From positions 3,520,001 to 3,584,000 of the forward strand of contig OZ241863.1 in the NCBI GenBank assembly GCA_965203055.1: a stretch of 64,000 bases of DNA, in the 5' to 3' direction. The notes below the pieces were generated by a model, which did no database searches, had not been told where the DNA came from, and worked only from the letters and a program-made list of their open reading frames with translations. Below are positions 10,350 to 21,027 of the stretch, one piece after another. This DNA is from Spirochaetia bacterium (lineage in GTDB: Bacteria > Spirochaetota > Spirochaetia > SZUA-6 > Bin103). Each line of letters begins with the position of its first letter. The first letter of the stretch is position 1. Made by a program: the position numbers and the translations under genes.

Positions 10350-13300
10350 ACCCTCCCGCTGTCCGTGAGCGCGGCCCGCGTCAGACGGAACCGCGCGAGT
10401 TGCGAGCGAACGAAGCTGTCGTAGACGTCGCCCAGGCGCTGCTGGTATTCCTCGTCGAGGTCGTTGTGCCACTGCTTGAGCCACGGCACGTGCTCCCGGA
10501 TCGCCGCCAGCAGCGGGGCGGCCCGGGCCGCGGTCCAGCCGTCGCGCTCGTCGGCCTCGTTGTAGTAGGCGGCCAGCGCCTGGCAGAGGGTCAAGTGATC
10601 CCACCCGGCCCGGCCGACCAGGAGCGTGGGATCGTCGTCGCCGCTCACGCCCGGCAAGCTGAAGAAGCGCTCCTTGGGCACGTCGAGGGCGCCGCGCAGG
10701 CGCCAGTAGCCGGCTTTCAGAAAGTCGCCCGCGCGGTACTTGGGCGGCGGCGCCAGGTCGCCGAGCTCGTCCCGCTTGCGGCGGTCCTGTTCAGCCTTGA
10801 GACGGGCGGCATGCTGATCTTCGGTCTCGTCGGCTAGTCGAGGGGTCGCGGCGGCCGTTTCGGCGTCGATTTCGTCCTCGCGCCGCTGCGCGGCCCAGAC
10901 CGCCTCCCAGTCGGCGCGCTTGGCCAGGCCGGAGGGCTTGTAGCGCAGCGCCGGCAGCGCCGGCACGCTTTCGGACTCCACCAGCTCGGCGACCAGCGCG
11001 TCGAGGTAGCCGTAGGCGCGATAGGAGAAGCGGGCGGCGGCCTGCTGGAAGTCGGCATCCGCAGCCGCCCGCGCGGCGATTTCGCCGACGGTGGTGAGCC
11101 GCGGTTCCGGCCAGTAGGCGGGGGACTCCAGCCGGTCGAGCAGCCAGGCGCGGAGGGCGCGCCGTTCCTGATCCTCCCACGGTTCGGTGTTCCAGCGGCG
11201 CTTGTACTCCGGCTTTTCCAGCAGGCCGACGAAGCGGTCGGAACCGATCAGCTCGATGCGCCGCGCAACGAGGGCGCGGTAGTCCTCCGGCCAGTGGGCC
11301 GGCAGCTCGGTGATCGGGGTGGAGCCGTGGCGCTCGAACCACCTAGTCTCCAGTTCGCCGGCCGCCATCCGCCGCGCCATGACGATCTCGAAGGCGCGCT
11401 CGCCGAGCGCCAGCGGCGGGGGTTCGGAGCGGTCGCCGGTGCCGTTGCCGCCGGAATACCGGCAGTCTTCGTCGATGAGGCCGTAGAGGCGGTAGCACTC
11501 CCAGTCGAGTTCCTCCTGCAGGGCAATCATGCGCGCCTGCAGAGACGCCGCAGCGTCGCAGTGAGCATCCAGTTCCTCCGGCGTCAGGGGGAAGCGGTCG
11601 GTCAGTTGCGCCGGCAGATGAGATTGGCGCTCCGCGGCAAGACGGTCTATTTGCTCTGCGATGTCCGCTGGCCGCTCTGTTGGAAGCGGAAACCGCTTCA
11701 GTCCGGTAGCGGTGTACTCATAAAAGTTCTCATATTCGTCCGTCGTTTGGCGGGCGCCATGAATGTCTACCGTGCTTCCTTTGTTGTGAAACACTTGCTT
11801 CATCCAGAAACACGCCGTAGAACTGTTGAGCAAGCCAACAAGCGGCAAGTGATCTGCATCGGTTGCGTCGTCCGGCAGCTTGATGACCGGAGCGGAACGG
11901 TTGAACACCCTGCCACCTCGATCGAACACGAAGTGATTGTGAGTAGCAACGAATGCAAAAGGAATAGAACAAGGCCCGGCATACCGCTTTGGAATCCATC
12001 GGGACCAAGTCCACCAATCATCGCCGCGTTCTAACTTGGTCTTGCCTTCGAACGACTTCATTCCTCCTATCGTAGTGCGGTATTTCCACAGGTATCTTCC
12101 CCACGAGCTGTTGAAGTCGTACTCAAGAGAGTCGTTGTCGCTATCGTAGGGAACGAACGCAGCCGAACTTCCCTCGTATGACCAGTCGCGCACCATCTCG
12201 CCGAGTATATGGTCCCGCACCAAATTGGCGTCTATGCCCAGTCGCAGGAATACCTCCTCCGAAGCTACGAATGCATCGTCGGTTCCGGTAAAGCTGGCAG
12301 GGCCGATCGAAGTCACGGCACTTCCGAGACGATCCATATTCCGGTCCAACCGCAGCTTGAGATCGTTTGCCAAGGTATCGGTGATCGACCAGGGGTAACT
12401 GGCAAAGATAGCTCGCGGAACGTCAGCCACGTCGATCCATTCGTCGTTGCTGCCGGGGCTCTCCACCTGGGTAACGATGGACCGCCAGACATTTCCGTTC
12501 TCGGGTTGCGCGGGAGGCTTCGGTTCGCCGCGGCGCCCCATCACCGCTCGAACGACGTTACGTGCCGGAGTGCGATTGCGGCCGAAGAGAATCACTGTCG
12601 GCGTACCGTGACCAGGGATGTAGGCGCCGGAGGTATCGATTACGTGGGTCAAGTCGAGATGCGGCAGGTACCTTTCGATCAACTTCTTGCCGAATTCTCG
12701 CTTCATGAAGGAGTTTGCCGTGATCATACCAAGATACCCGGCGGATCGTGTCCGGCTGACACGGAGCGCCAGCCCGAAACATCGCTCGGTAAACGGAACG
12801 CTCATCGCATACTTCATGTAGCAGGTCGAGTATCTCGATCGATACAGTTGACGTACCGCTTGGTCCTTCGGGGTGATGTAGGGCGGATTTCCGACCACTA
12901 CGTGATACTGCTGGCCGAGGATGCGGTTCAGGGCCTCGAGGTCTTCGGACTGGAAGGCGTGCGCGAACTCGGTCCCTGCAGCGATTTGCTGTTCAGCGCC
13001 GCTGCCCAGGTCCAGCTCGCCGAAGCGGCGCCCGTGGAGCAGACTGTCGCCGGCGGCCACGTTGAGCGGGAACGCCGGCGCCTCTTGCAGGCGCCTGATG
13101 CCGCTCGCCCGCAGCGCCGCCACCACCAGCCGGAAGCGCGCGATCGCCGCGGCGAACGGGTTGACGTCCACCCCGTGCACGGCCGCCAGCGCGCGCTGCG
13201 CCAGTTCCTGTTTCGGCGCTTCGGACTCGCAGGCGCGCCACCGGCGCAGCAGGCGGTGGAACGCGCCGAGCAGGAAGTGACCGGACCCGCAGGCCGGGTC

Positions 13301-13999
13301 GATCAGGCGCACTGCGGCCAGCCCGAACTGTTCCAGCGCCGGCGTCAGCGTGCGCTCCAGGATGAACTCCTCGACGAATTCCGGCGTCTGCAATAGGGCG
13401 TAGCGCTTCCTGGCGTCGTCGGACAGGTCCTGGTACAGGTCGCCCAGGAAGCGGGTGTCCCACTCAGGGTCGGTGAAGTCGTGGCGCAGCACGCCGGTGT
13501 CCGGGTTCACGGTGCGCCAGAACTCCAGCAGGCCGCGCGCCGCGTCGCCGGAGATGCCGAGGCGCCACACCGGGTTGCGGGCGCGATCGTAGAGCATGGC
13601 CAGCGCCGGCAGGCGGGCGACGGCGGCGAACCCGTCAAGCAGGTAGTCGCGGTCGGTAGCGGTGGGATGGGAGCGAAAGTAGAGTAGCTGGCGATCGGAG
13701 GCCTGCTCGATGGCGCGGTGCGGGCCGCCGATCAGCGGCTCGTCGATCAGCCCGTTGTCCTCGATGAAGCGCACGAACACGGCGCCGAGCAGCCACGCGA
13801 CCGCGGCCTGGGTGAGTTCGCCGGCGCGCCAGACGCGGAAGGTCGCGGCGGTGCGCTCGGCGGCGCGCGCCGCCTGATACTCCGCCTGCAGCGTCGCGGC
13901 CATCTCCGGCACGCTGTCGGCGCGCGCGGCCAAGTCCCGCTCCAGCAGCCGGAGCTGCCGCCGCAGGTCGCTCAGCAGCTCCCGCCGGTCGATTGGCAT
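10346..13999 (-). CDS. pglX: BREX-2/Pgl adenine-specific DNA methyltransferase PglX
   Basis: [87 protein letters not shown]; 1217 aa. Confidence 0.92.
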   Translation of the reverse strand: MPIDRRELLSDLRRQLRLLERDLAARADSVPEMAATLQAEYQAARAAERTAATFRVWRAGELTQAAVAWLLGAVFVRFIEDNGLIDEPLIGGPHRAIEQASDRQLLYFRSHPTATDRDYLLDGFAAVARLPALAMLYDRARNPVWRLGISGDAARGLLEFWRTVNPDTGVLRHDFTDPEWDTRFLGDLYQDLSDDARKRYALLQTPEFVEEFILERTLTPALEQFGLAAVRLIDPACGSGHFLLGAFHRLLRRWRACESEAPKQELAQRALAAVHGVDVNPFAAAIARFRLVVAALRASGIRRLQEAPAFPLNVAAGDSLLHGRRFGELDLGSGAEQQIAAGTEFAHAFQSEDLEALNRILGQQYHVVVGNPPYITPKDQAVRQLYRSRYSTCYMKYAMSVPFTERCFGLALRVSRTRSAGYLGMITANSFMKREFGKKLIERYLPHLDLTHVIDTSGAYIPGHGTPTVILFGRNRTPARNVVRAVMGRRGEPKPPAQPENGNVWRSIVTQVESPGSNDEWIDVADVPRAIFASYPWSITDTLANDLKLRLDRNMDRLGSAVTSIGPASFTGTDDAFVASEEVFLRLGIDANLVRDHILGEMVRDWSYEGSSAAFVPYDSDNDSLEYDFNSSWGRYLWKYRTTIGGMKSFEGKTKLERGDDWWTWSRWIPKRYAGPCSIPFAFVATHNHFVFDRGGRVFNRSAPVIKLPDDATDADHLPLVGLLNSSTACFWMKQVFHNKGSTVDIHGARQTTDEYENFYEYTATGLKRFPLPTERPADIAEQIDRLAAERQSHLPAQLTDRFPLTPEELDAHCDAAASLQARMIALQEELDWECYRLYGLIDEDCRYSGGNGTGDRSEPPPLALGERAFEIVMARRMAAGELETRWFERHGSTPITELPAHWPEDYRALVARRIELIGSDRFVGLLEKPEYKRRWNTEPWEDQERRALRAWLLDRLESPAYWPEPRLTTVGEIAARAAADADFQQAAARFSYRAYGYLDALVAELVESESVPALPALRYKPSGLAKRADWEAVWAAQRREDEIDAETAAATPRLADETEDQHAARLKAEQDRRKRDELGDLAPPPKYRAGDFLKAGYWRLRGALDVPKERFFSLPGVSGDDDPTLLVGRAGWDHLTLCQALAAYYNEADERDGWTAARAAPLLAAIREHVPWLKQWHNDLDEEYQQRLGDVYDSFVRSQLARFRLTRAALTDSGRV

Positions 14000-14107
14000 C
14001 AGCGAACCCTGGTCTCTCTCACTGAGATAGCGGACGTTCGTCTCGATTCAGCCACGCCGGCCAGTCCTGGCGAACGGCGAGTGACTGATCCCCTTGGGAA
14101 AGGGTCG

Positions 14108-14377
14108 TCAGGTCCCGTCGCCGCCGGCCGTGGCCGCGCCGTTGGGTCGGCTCCTGAGCTTCTGGTACTCCTGCTCGCCGATCCCGGTCGCCCGCTCGAT
14201 CAACGACCAGTCGACGCCGGTCCGCAGGAGACCGTCGATCGTCTCCAACCGCCCTTCGCGCTGGCCTTCCAGGCGGCCCTCGCTCCGGCCCTCGCGGTGC
14301 CGCCGTTCGGCAACCGCTCGCATCTCGTCACGCATCTGGTCGCGCCCTTCCTGGCGCAGCCGTTCGCCGCTCGTCAT
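14108..14377 (-). CDS. Putative internally initiated small antitoxin (RpnS-like), copy 2
   Basis: AGGAGG SD 7 nt before an in-frame ATG giving MTSGERLRQEG..., 89 aa. Confidence 0.7.
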   Translation of the reverse strand: MTSGERLRQEGRDQMRDEMRAVAERRHREGRSEGRLEGQREGRLETIDGLLRTGVDWSLIERATGIGEQEYQKLRSRPNGAATAGGDGT

Positions 14378-15124
14378 CAACTCGCCTCCTGCCGCCGTGT
14401 GGCTCAGTATATCGCCCATCTCCTCGGGCGTGTCTTCAGGTCCCGTCTCCGCGATATAGTGCATGAACATCTTCATGTCGTCCCGCCCGCCGCTCCCTTC
14501 CCGCTCCAAGTCGTCCAGCAGCGGCCGCATCCGCGCCCGCGCCTCCCGCACCGCGCGGCTGAAGGCGTGCATCATCGTCAGTTGCAGCAACCGCGCCCGG
14601 ACGCTGCCGGCCGCCTGCCCCGGCGACATCTGAGTCTGATCGAACAACAGGTGCTCGAACCGGGGCAGCCACGGCCAGTCCCGCGTTGCGGCGGGAAACA
14701 GGTCAGCGAACTGCCGGGAGTGCCGCCAGCCGGTGGGACCCTGGTAGAAGACCAGCGGCAGGATCGGGCGCAGGTAGCCGGCATCCTTCCGATCCTGGCG
14801 GTCGAGATCCCAGATGCGGCAGCAGTAGCCCAGCAGGCGCAGGCGCAGCCAGTAGTCCGGGGTGGACTGATGCTCGAACAGCAGGTAGAGCCAGAGCGGA
14901 GGCTGCGCGGCACCAAGTTCGGCGTAGCGGACCTCGAACAGCAGGTCGGACGCGGCGCCGCGGAGATCCGGGGTGACGAAGGAGTCGGGGCGCCGCTTGA
15001 GCGTGGGCCAGTGCAGGGCGCGGCTGAGCCGCGCGGGCAGCCGGGCTTGCAGGAATGACGCGGCTTCCGCCGGGGCGCCGAACACGCGCTTGAACAGACG
15101 GTCGTGGGGCTGATGGATGGCCAT
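14108..15124 (-). CDS. Rpn/YhgA-like nuclease, copy 2
   Basis: HQPHDRLFK, SDLLFEV, YLLFEHQS, ILPLVFYQG; clear paralogue of 9339..10349. Confidence 0.93.
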   Translation of the reverse strand: MAIHQPHDRLFKRVFGAPAEAASFLQARLPARLSRALHWPTLKRRPDSFVTPDLRGAASDLLFEVRYAELGAAQPPLWLYLLFEHQSTPDYWLRLRLLGYCCRIWDLDRQDRKDAGYLRPILPLVFYQGPTGWRHSRQFADLFPAATRDWPWLPRFEHLLFDQTQMSPGQAAGSVRARLLQLTMMHAFSRAVREARARMRPLLDDLEREGSGGRDDMKMFMHYIAETGPEDTPEEMGDILSHTAAGGELMTSGERLRQEGRDQMRDEMRAVAERRHREGRSEGRLEGQREGRLETIDGLLRTGVDWSLIERATGIGEQEYQKLRSRPNGAATAGGDGT

Positions 15125-15301
15125 GCCCCCTATAACGGGCCGGCCGTCCGTGGCGCTTCAACGCGCGTAGCGGTCACGTCCGCCGAATCCATCAACACGG
15201 GCCAGTCGCCGCCGCAGGCGCGCGATTTCGCCGGCAGGCTAGGCGGACCGCACGCGCAGACACGCGCGCGACTGCCGCCGGCTGCAGGTATGCTGCGGGC
15301 C

Positions 15302-16813
15302 ATGTCTTCGAGCGCCCGCAACGTACTTCTGATCACCTCCGACCAGCAGCACTGGAACACCCTGGGATGCCTCAACCCCGAAGTCCGAACCCCCAACCTC
15401 GACCGGCTGGCGGCGCAGGGCACGCTGTTCACCCGCGCCTACTGCCCCAATCCGACCTGCACGCCGACCCGCGCGTCGATCATCACCGGCAAGTATCCGA
15501 GCCAGCACGGCGCCTACGCGCTAGGCACCAAGCTGCTCGAATCGGAGCCCACCGTCGGCGACCACCTGCAGGCGGCCGGCATCCGCACGGCGCTGGTGGG
15601 CAAGGCGCACTTCCAGCCACTGGCCGGCAGCGCCCGGTTTCCCTCGCTGGAAGCGTATCCGACGCTGCAGGACCTGGCCTTCTGGCGCCGGTTCCATGGC
15701 CCGTTCTACGGCTTCGAGCACGTCGAGCTGGCCCGCAACCACACCGACGAAGCGCACGTCGGCCAGCACTACGCGCTGTGGATGGAACAGCAGGGGTTGA
15801 GCAACTGGCGCGACTACTTCCGCCCGCCCACCGGCACCAACGACCGCCAGCGGCGCACCTGGCAGCTCCCGGAGGCGTTCCACTACGGCACCTGGATTGC
15901 CGAGCGCTGCTGCGCTCTGCTGGACGGCTACGCCCGGCGCGGCGAACGGTTCCTGCTCTGGGCGAGCTTCTTCGACCCGCACCCCAAGTACCTGGTCCCG
16001 GAGCCGTGGGACCGGATGTACGATCCGGGCGCGCTTACGATCCCGGCGCTTGCCGCCGGCGAGCACGACGCCAACCCGCCCCACTTCCGGCTCACCCAGT
16101 CGGAGGAGCCCGACTTCTCGCCCTGGCGGGAGAGCGGCCAGGGGCTGCACGGGCTTACTTCGCACCTCCACGACCGGGAGGAGCTGGCCCGGGACGTCGC
16201 CTGCTACTACGGGATGATCAGTCTGCTGGACCGGCAGGTGGGGCGCATCCTCGACCGGCTGGCGGCGCTGGGACTGGCGCGCGACACGCTGGTGGTGTTC
16301 ACCTCCGATCACGGCCACCTGTTCGGCCAGCACGGCCTCACCGCCAAGGGGCCGTTCCACTACGAAGACCTGCTGCGGGTACCGCTGATCGTGGCGCAGC
16401 CGGGCCGGGCGCCGGCCGGCCGGCGTTGCGCCGCCCTGCAGTCGCTGGTCGACTTTGCGCCCTCGTTTCTGGCCGCCACCGGCACCCCCGTTCCCGCGGC
16501 GATGACCGGCGTCGATCAGAGCGCCGTCTGGTATGGCCGCAGCGCGGCGCGGCGCGATCACGTGCTGGTGGAGAACCGCCACGAGCCGACCACCATCCAC
16601 CTGCGCACCTTCATCGACCAACGGCACAAGCTGACCGTCTACTACAACCGCGACTACGGCGAGCTGTTCGATCTGGCCGCCGACCCGCGCGAAGTCCGCA
16701 ACCTGTGGGACGTGCCCGCGGCGCGCGAGCTGAAGCACGACCTGATCCGCAAGCTGCTGCATGCGGAACTGGGCCGGGAGCCGCTGCCGATGCCGCGCAT
16801 CGCCGGCGCTTAG
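15302..16813 (+). CDS. Sulfatase (formylglycine-dependent, Cys type)
   Basis: NVLLITSDQ, CTPTRAS (CxPxR), GKAH, FTSDHG, GELFDL..DP.E..NLW. Confidence 0.93.
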   Translation: MSSSARNVLLITSDQQHWNTLGCLNPEVRTPNLDRLAAQGTLFTRAYCPNPTCTPTRASIITGKYPSQHGAYALGTKLLESEPTVGDHLQAAGIRTALVGKAHFQPLAGSARFPSLEAYPTLQDLAFWRRFHGPFYGFEHVELARNHTDEAHVGQHYALWMEQQGLSNWRDYFRPPTGTNDRQRRTWQLPEAFHYGTWIAERCCALLDGYARRGERFLLWASFFDPHPKYLVPEPWDRMYDPGALTIPALAAGEHDANPPHFRLTQSEEPDFSPWRESGQGLHGLTSHLHDREELARDVACYYGMISLLDRQVGRILDRLAALGLARDTLVVFTSDHGHLFGQHGLTAKGPFHYEDLLRVPLIVAQPGRAPAGRRCAALQSLVDFAPSFLAATGTPVPAAMTGVDQSAVWYGRSAARRDHVLVENRHEPTTIHLRTFIDQRHKLTVYYNRDYGELFDLAADPREVRNLWDVPAARELKHDLIRKLLHAELGREPLPMPRIAGA

Positions 16814-16828
16814 CGTAGCGTAGCTTAG

Positions 16829-18160
16829 CTAGCCGGCGACCCGGCGGGCGCGGAGCGCCAGCACCGCGGCCAGCGCCAGCAGCGGCAGCGCGGCCAGCGC
16901 CAATGCGAGCCGGGCGCGGGCGGAAGGCGCGACGACCCGCACCTGGCGGTCGCTGGAGGGCAGCGGCCGGCCGCTGCCCTCCAGCACGCGCACCCGCAGC
17001 ACCGCCCGCGGCGGCGCGGCGGGAAGGTGGAACGCGCGCAGCGACGGTTCCCGGCCGGCATGCCTCCCGGCGGGATCGAACGGCACGATCCGGTAGCCCA
17101 GCGCCGCGCCCGGGAGCTGCTCGACGAAGAACGGGCGTTCGCGCACGGCGCGCGGCGGCGCCGCCCCGGCGGCTACCTCGAGCGCGGCCCCGGGCACCTG
17201 CTGAATGCGCACCCACTTCATCAGCCGCGGGTTGCCCCTGGCGTCGTTGCGGCGCATCTTCTCGTAGAACAGGTCGTTGTACTCCTGCTGGTAGAACGGC
17301 CGGAAGTACAGGTCGGCGGAGCCGTCCACGTACAGCACCGACGCCGGGCTGACCGACTCCACCGGCCGCGTCCACTTGTCGCCGGGGATCACCTCCAGCC
17401 CGACCGCCTCGGCGCGGCGTTGCGCGAAGGTCACGATGCGGCGCTCCGAGCCCTCCATGACGTCGCCCGCCGCGGTGCGCAGGCGGATACGGTACTCCCC
17501 GGCCGGCAGGTTGATCACGAATGCCTGCTGCACCGGCACCGGGGGCACCGCGTAGTGGCCGGGCGGCTGCGGCTCCGGCGGCGGCGCGAGCTGCTCCAGC
17601 TCCGCGGCCAGCCGGGTCACGTCCTTCCCGGCCGCGCGCATCGCGGCCGCCGCCTCCGCCATGCGCTGCAGCACCTGGTCGTACACCTGCCGCTGGCGCC
17701 GGTAGTCCGCGATCGCCTGGTAGTAGGCCGCGGTCAGGCCGCGCGCGTGCCGCACCGCGGCCGCCGCCTCCGCCCCGGTGGCGACCTGCCAGTTCTGTTC
17801 ATATTCGCCGCGCACGTTGTAGTAGGTGTAGGGAGTCATGCCGAGGGACTGCTGCGGGCTCCCGCGACCGCTCAGCTCCAGGGTGCCCTCGAACGCCACG
17901 TCGAGCGCGCGGTCGAGCATCCACTCCCCGGTGATCGGCCAGAAGTAGACCAGCCGATTGCGCGCGGTGATGAAATTGTCGACCTCCGCCAGCAGGTAGA
18001 TGGCGCGCGCCTCGCGGCGCGCGAAGGTGGCGGAGTAGTCGCGGCCGTTGAACGCCACGATCGAGTAGACGAACTGCTCCTCCCGCAGCGGCGCCTGCGC
18101 CGCCAGCCCCGCGGCGCCGAGCAGGAGCAGCAGGCCCGCGGCCCGGCGCCGCCGCCTCAC
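16829..18160 (-). CDS. Exported protein with signal peptide, coiled coil and C-terminal membrane anchor
   Basis: GTG start overlapping the permease stop; N-terminal RRRR + hydrophobic stretch + AQA; C-terminal TM followed by Arg residues. Confidence 0.75.
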   Translation of the reverse strand: MRRRRRAAGLLLLLGAAGLAAQAPLREEQFVYSIVAFNGRDYSATFARREARAIYLLAEVDNFITARNRLVYFWPITGEWMLDRALDVAFEGTLELSGRGSPQQSLGMTPYTYYNVRGEYEQNWQVATGAEAAAAVRHARGLTAAYYQAIADYRRQRQVYDQVLQRMAEAAAAMRAAGKDVTRLAAELEQLAPPPEPQPPGHYAVPPVPVQQAFVINLPAGEYRIRLRTAAGDVMEGSERRIVTFAQRRAEAVGLEVIPGDKWTRPVESVSPASVLYVDGSADLYFRPFYQQEYNDLFYEKMRRNDARGNPRLMKWVRIQQVPGAALEVAAGAAPPRAVRERPFFVEQLPGAALGYRIVPFDPAGRHAGREPSLRAFHLPAAPPRAVLRVRVLEGSGRPLPSSDRQVRVVAPSARARLALALAALPLLALAAVLALRARRVAG

Positions 18161-19026
18161 GGGCGTACCCCGCGCAGCTTCATGAGCAGGTGGCCGGCCG
18201 CCAGCAGCGCCGCGGCCAGCAGCGCCAGCAGCAGGGCGCCGGCGAGGTACTTCCCCCAGTTGCGCAGCTCCGCGGAGCGCAGCGCCAGCTCCCAGTAGAA
18301 CAGCGGCGAGACCCACTTGATCGCCCAGGCGGATACGCTCGCCAGGGTGCGCGCGTACCCGCCGACCACGGCGAAGGAGCCGACCGTCACCCCGCCGAAG
18401 AGCAGGATCAGGCCCAGGAACAGGGCCACCGCGGAGGCGGAGTTGTCGGTCAGGGCCGCGGCCAGGATGCCGTAGCCGTAGACCGCGGCGGCGAGGAAGA
18501 ACAGGATCGACAGGTTGGCGAAGAACGCCGGACCAAGCAGCAGATTGTTGAGCCCGGCAGCGGCCAGCAGAAACAGCAGCAGCAGCGCCAGCGCGGCCAG
18601 GGTCAGCAGCAGGTCCTTGAGCAGCGCCGCCAGCAACCAGGCGGCGGCGTCCGCCGGGCCGTAGGTGAGCAGCTCCAGGGCGCCGACCTTCTTCTCCAGG
18701 CCGATGCGGAACACCGAGCTTACCGCCAGATAGAGCAGCACCGGCAGGAAGGCGGCGTACAGGATGAACAGGAACGGACCCTCGGCAAACAGCTTCGCCG
18801 TGAAGGCGGTCCCGAACGCCCCCGCCAGGCTGCGGCCGATCAGGTCCCAGGCGGGATCGAGGGTGAAGTCGAACCCGCTCGAATCGACCGCCCGGACGAA
18901 CCCGGCGACCAGCAGCCAAGCCAGCACCAGGCCGCAGGTCTGAGCGACGTAGTAGCCGGGGCTGAGCAGGGTCTCGAACAGGCGCCGCCGGGCGATCACC
19001 GCGGTGGCGTGGAGGCGCAGGTTCAC
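18157..19026 (-). CDS. ABC-2 type transporter permease
   Basis: Multiple TM segments, EKKVGALELLTYGP motif, WVSPLFY; GTGA overlap with the ATPase. Confidence 0.85.
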   Translation of the reverse strand: MNLRLHATAVIARRRLFETLLSPGYYVAQTCGLVLAWLLVAGFVRAVDSSGFDFTLDPAWDLIGRSLAGAFGTAFTAKLFAEGPFLFILYAAFLPVLLYLAVSSVFRIGLEKKVGALELLTYGPADAAAWLLAALLKDLLLTLAALALLLLFLLAAAGLNNLLLGPAFFANLSILFFLAAAVYGYGILAAALTDNSASAVALFLGLILLFGGVTVGSFAVVGGYARTLASVSAWAIKWVSPLFYWELALRSAELRNWGKYLAGALLLALLAAALLAAGHLLMKLRGVRP

Positions 19027-19979
19027 CGCCCGCCGCCGAGCCCCGCCAACCGGTCGACGTTGTCGCCGGTGATGGTCACGAACGCCTCCTCCAGGCTGAG
19101 GCTGCGCTCGCGGATGCTGAGCGGCACCAGGCGCTGGTCGATCAGGTACTGGCTGAGGGCTCGCCGGCTGTCGCCGGTGGGGGCCACCTTGACCACCAGG
19201 GTGCCGGGGCCGCTCCGCTCCGCTGCGCGCGCGAAGTCGAGCGCCGCGACCTTGGCCGGCAGTTCGGGCGGGACCTGTTCCAGATCGACGTGAATCTCGC
19301 GCTCCTCGGCCAGCGTGGCGAGGAGGTTCTCCATGCGGTCTTCGGCCAGCAGCCGGCCGCGAAAGATGATCGCCACCCGTTCGCACACCTTCTCCATCTC
19401 CGACAGCAGGTGGGAAGACACGAAGATGGTCCGGCCCGCGCGGCGCTCCTCCAGGATCAGATCGCGGATCTGCTTGACCCCGAACGGGTCGAGTCCCGAG
19501 ATCGGTTCGTCCAGAAACAGGATGTCGGGATCGTGCAGCAGCGCGCGCACGATCGACAGCTTCTGCAGCATGCCGCGCGAGAACCGGGCGAAGCGCTTGT
19601 GCTTCACCGGCGCCAAGCCGACCCGTTCCAGGAGATGGTCGATGCGGCGCGCCGCGCGCGGCACGCGAAACAGGTCGGCGAAGAACTGCAGGTACTCGCC
19701 GGCGGTCATCCAGCTCCACATGCCGGCCGGGTGCTTCTCCGGCACCACGCCGATGCGCCGCCGCAGGTCGAGCCGGGCCGGGCCGTAGGTTTCGCCGAAC
19801 AACCGGATCTCGCCGGCGGTGGGCTTTACCACGCCCAGCAGCATCAGGATCGTGGTGGTCTTGCCGGCGCCGTTGGGCCCCAGAAAGCCGTAGATCTCGC
19901 CCGCCGGGATGTTCAGGTCGATGCCGGCCACCGCGGTGAACGAACCGTAGCGCTTGGTCAGCCGCTCGGTGCGGATCAT
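19023..19979 (-). CDS. ABC transporter ATP-binding protein
   Basis: [31 protein letters not shown]-terminal SLEEAFV. Confidence 0.95.
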   Translation of the reverse strand: MIRTERLTKRYGSFTAVAGIDLNIPAGEIYGFLGPNGAGKTTTILMLLGVVKPTAGEIRLFGETYGPARLDLRRRIGVVPEKHPAGMWSWMTAGEYLQFFADLFRVPRAARRIDHLLERVGLAPVKHKRFARFSRGMLQKLSIVRALLHDPDILFLDEPISGLDPFGVKQIRDLILEERRAGRTIFVSSHLLSEMEKVCERVAIIFRGRLLAEDRMENLLATLAEEREIHVDLEQVPPELPAKVAALDFARAAERSGPGTLVVKVAPTGDSRRALSQYLIDQRLVPLSIRERSLSLEEAFVTITGDNVDRLAGLGGGR

Positions 19980-20833
19980 GAGCCGGTTCCCGCCACGTTC
20001 CAGGAGGTGAAGCGGTAGGCGGTCAGGGTGCCGGCCCGCTCGTGCGGCGCCAGGTGGGCGGCCAGCGCTGCCGGCGGCAGGTCCCAGATCGGTTCCATGA
20101 TGCGGGCGAGCTCCCGGGAGTCGGCCGCGGTCGGGTCGGGGACCACGATCAGATAGTCGATTACCCAGTAGGGGTGGGCGTTGGCCTCGATCTCGCTGCC
20201 GGGAATGGAGGCGCGGTACCGGAACGTGGTCTCCGGCGCCGCGTCCCACTGCCAGCGCAACCGGCCCCGGTACAGCTCGCGGCCGCGGGAAGCGCCGGCC
20301 GCGGTTTCCTCCCGAACCGGCACGCCATCGACTACCTGCACCGAGATGCGCGCCCCGAGCCACAGATCGAGGGCGGGATGATTCACCACCGCCGGCCCCG
20401 CCGAGCTGACCGGACGCAGCTCCTGCACGAGGTCATTTCCTGCCCGCTCCTCGAAGATGACCCATTCGGCGAGGTCCGGAATCTCGTAGCCGAGCAGCTC
20501 GATCGGTTCGGCGCGCCGGTTCGCGCCGCGCCGCAAGGTCACCGCCACGGTCCGGGCGACGTAGGAGGGCGCGCTGATCTCCAGCGTGGCCGCGCCCGGT
20601 TCGAGCCGGGTGAAGCGCTGCGGGCGCGGCCCGCGGTCGCTCTGGAAGTGCGACCGGATCACCCTGCCCTGGAGCCGGAAGGTGGCATCCCACACCCAGT
20701 TCTTGCTCACCGCGTCGCGCACCACGAACTCGTAGGTGGTGTCCGGCCGGTTGGCGGCCACGTACCCTGCCGCCGCAGCCGCCAGCACCGCGGCGCCCGC
20801 CAGCACCGGAATCAGTACCCGCCGCCTGCGCAT
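19976..20833 (-). CDS. Membrane-anchored/exported protein with carboxypeptidase-regulatory-like beta domain
   Basis: N-terminal TM; LEPGAATLEISAPSYVARTVAVTLRRG; ATGA-coupled to the ATPase. Confidence 0.7.
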   Translation of the reverse strand: MRRRRVLIPVLAGAAVLAAAAAGYVAANRPDTTYEFVVRDAVSKNWVWDATFRLQGRVIRSHFQSDRGPRPQRFTRLEPGAATLEISAPSYVARTVAVTLRRGANRRAEPIELLGYEIPDLAEWVIFEERAGNDLVQELRPVSSAGPAVVNHPALDLWLGARISVQVVDGVPVREETAAGASRGRELYRGRLRWQWDAAPETTFRYRASIPGSEIEANAHPYWVIDYLIVVPDPTAADSRELARIMEPIWDLPPAALAAHLAPHERAGTLTAYRFTSWNVAGTGS

Positions 20834-20925
20834 CGACGCGCGGCAGCGTAGCACGCTCCCGCGGGCCGGGTCTTGGCCTTGACAGGAACCGGCGCACTCC
20901 CCCTATCCTCAGAGCCGCCCGCCGC

Positions 20926-21009
20926 GCCGGCGTGATGAAATTGGTAGACATGCCAGACTCAAAATCTGGTGGTGGCAACACCGTCTCGGTTCGAGTCCGA
21001 GCGCCGGCA
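20926..21009 (+). tRNA. tRNA-Leu (anticodon CAA)
   Basis: Acceptor GCCGGCG/CGCCGGC-A, D arm with TTGGTAGAC, anticodon arm CCAGA-CTCAAAA-TCTGG, long variable arm, CTCGG-TTCGAGT-CCGAG; CCA not encoded. Confidence 0.96.
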
Positions 21010-21027
21010 TCTAACCTCCGCTGCCAG

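Noticed and set aside
9339..15124. Composite transposon bounded by IS elements
   Set aside because: Rpn/YhgA proteins are not demonstrated transposases; the copies are diverged, with no convincing terminal inverted repeats or target-site duplication
16811..16833. TAGCG/TAGCT microrepeat between convergent stop codons
   Set aside because: Too short; most simply local slippage
20926..21009. tRNA-Leu as an integration site
   Set aside because: No integrase and no duplicated tRNA 3' end seen; argS follows directly
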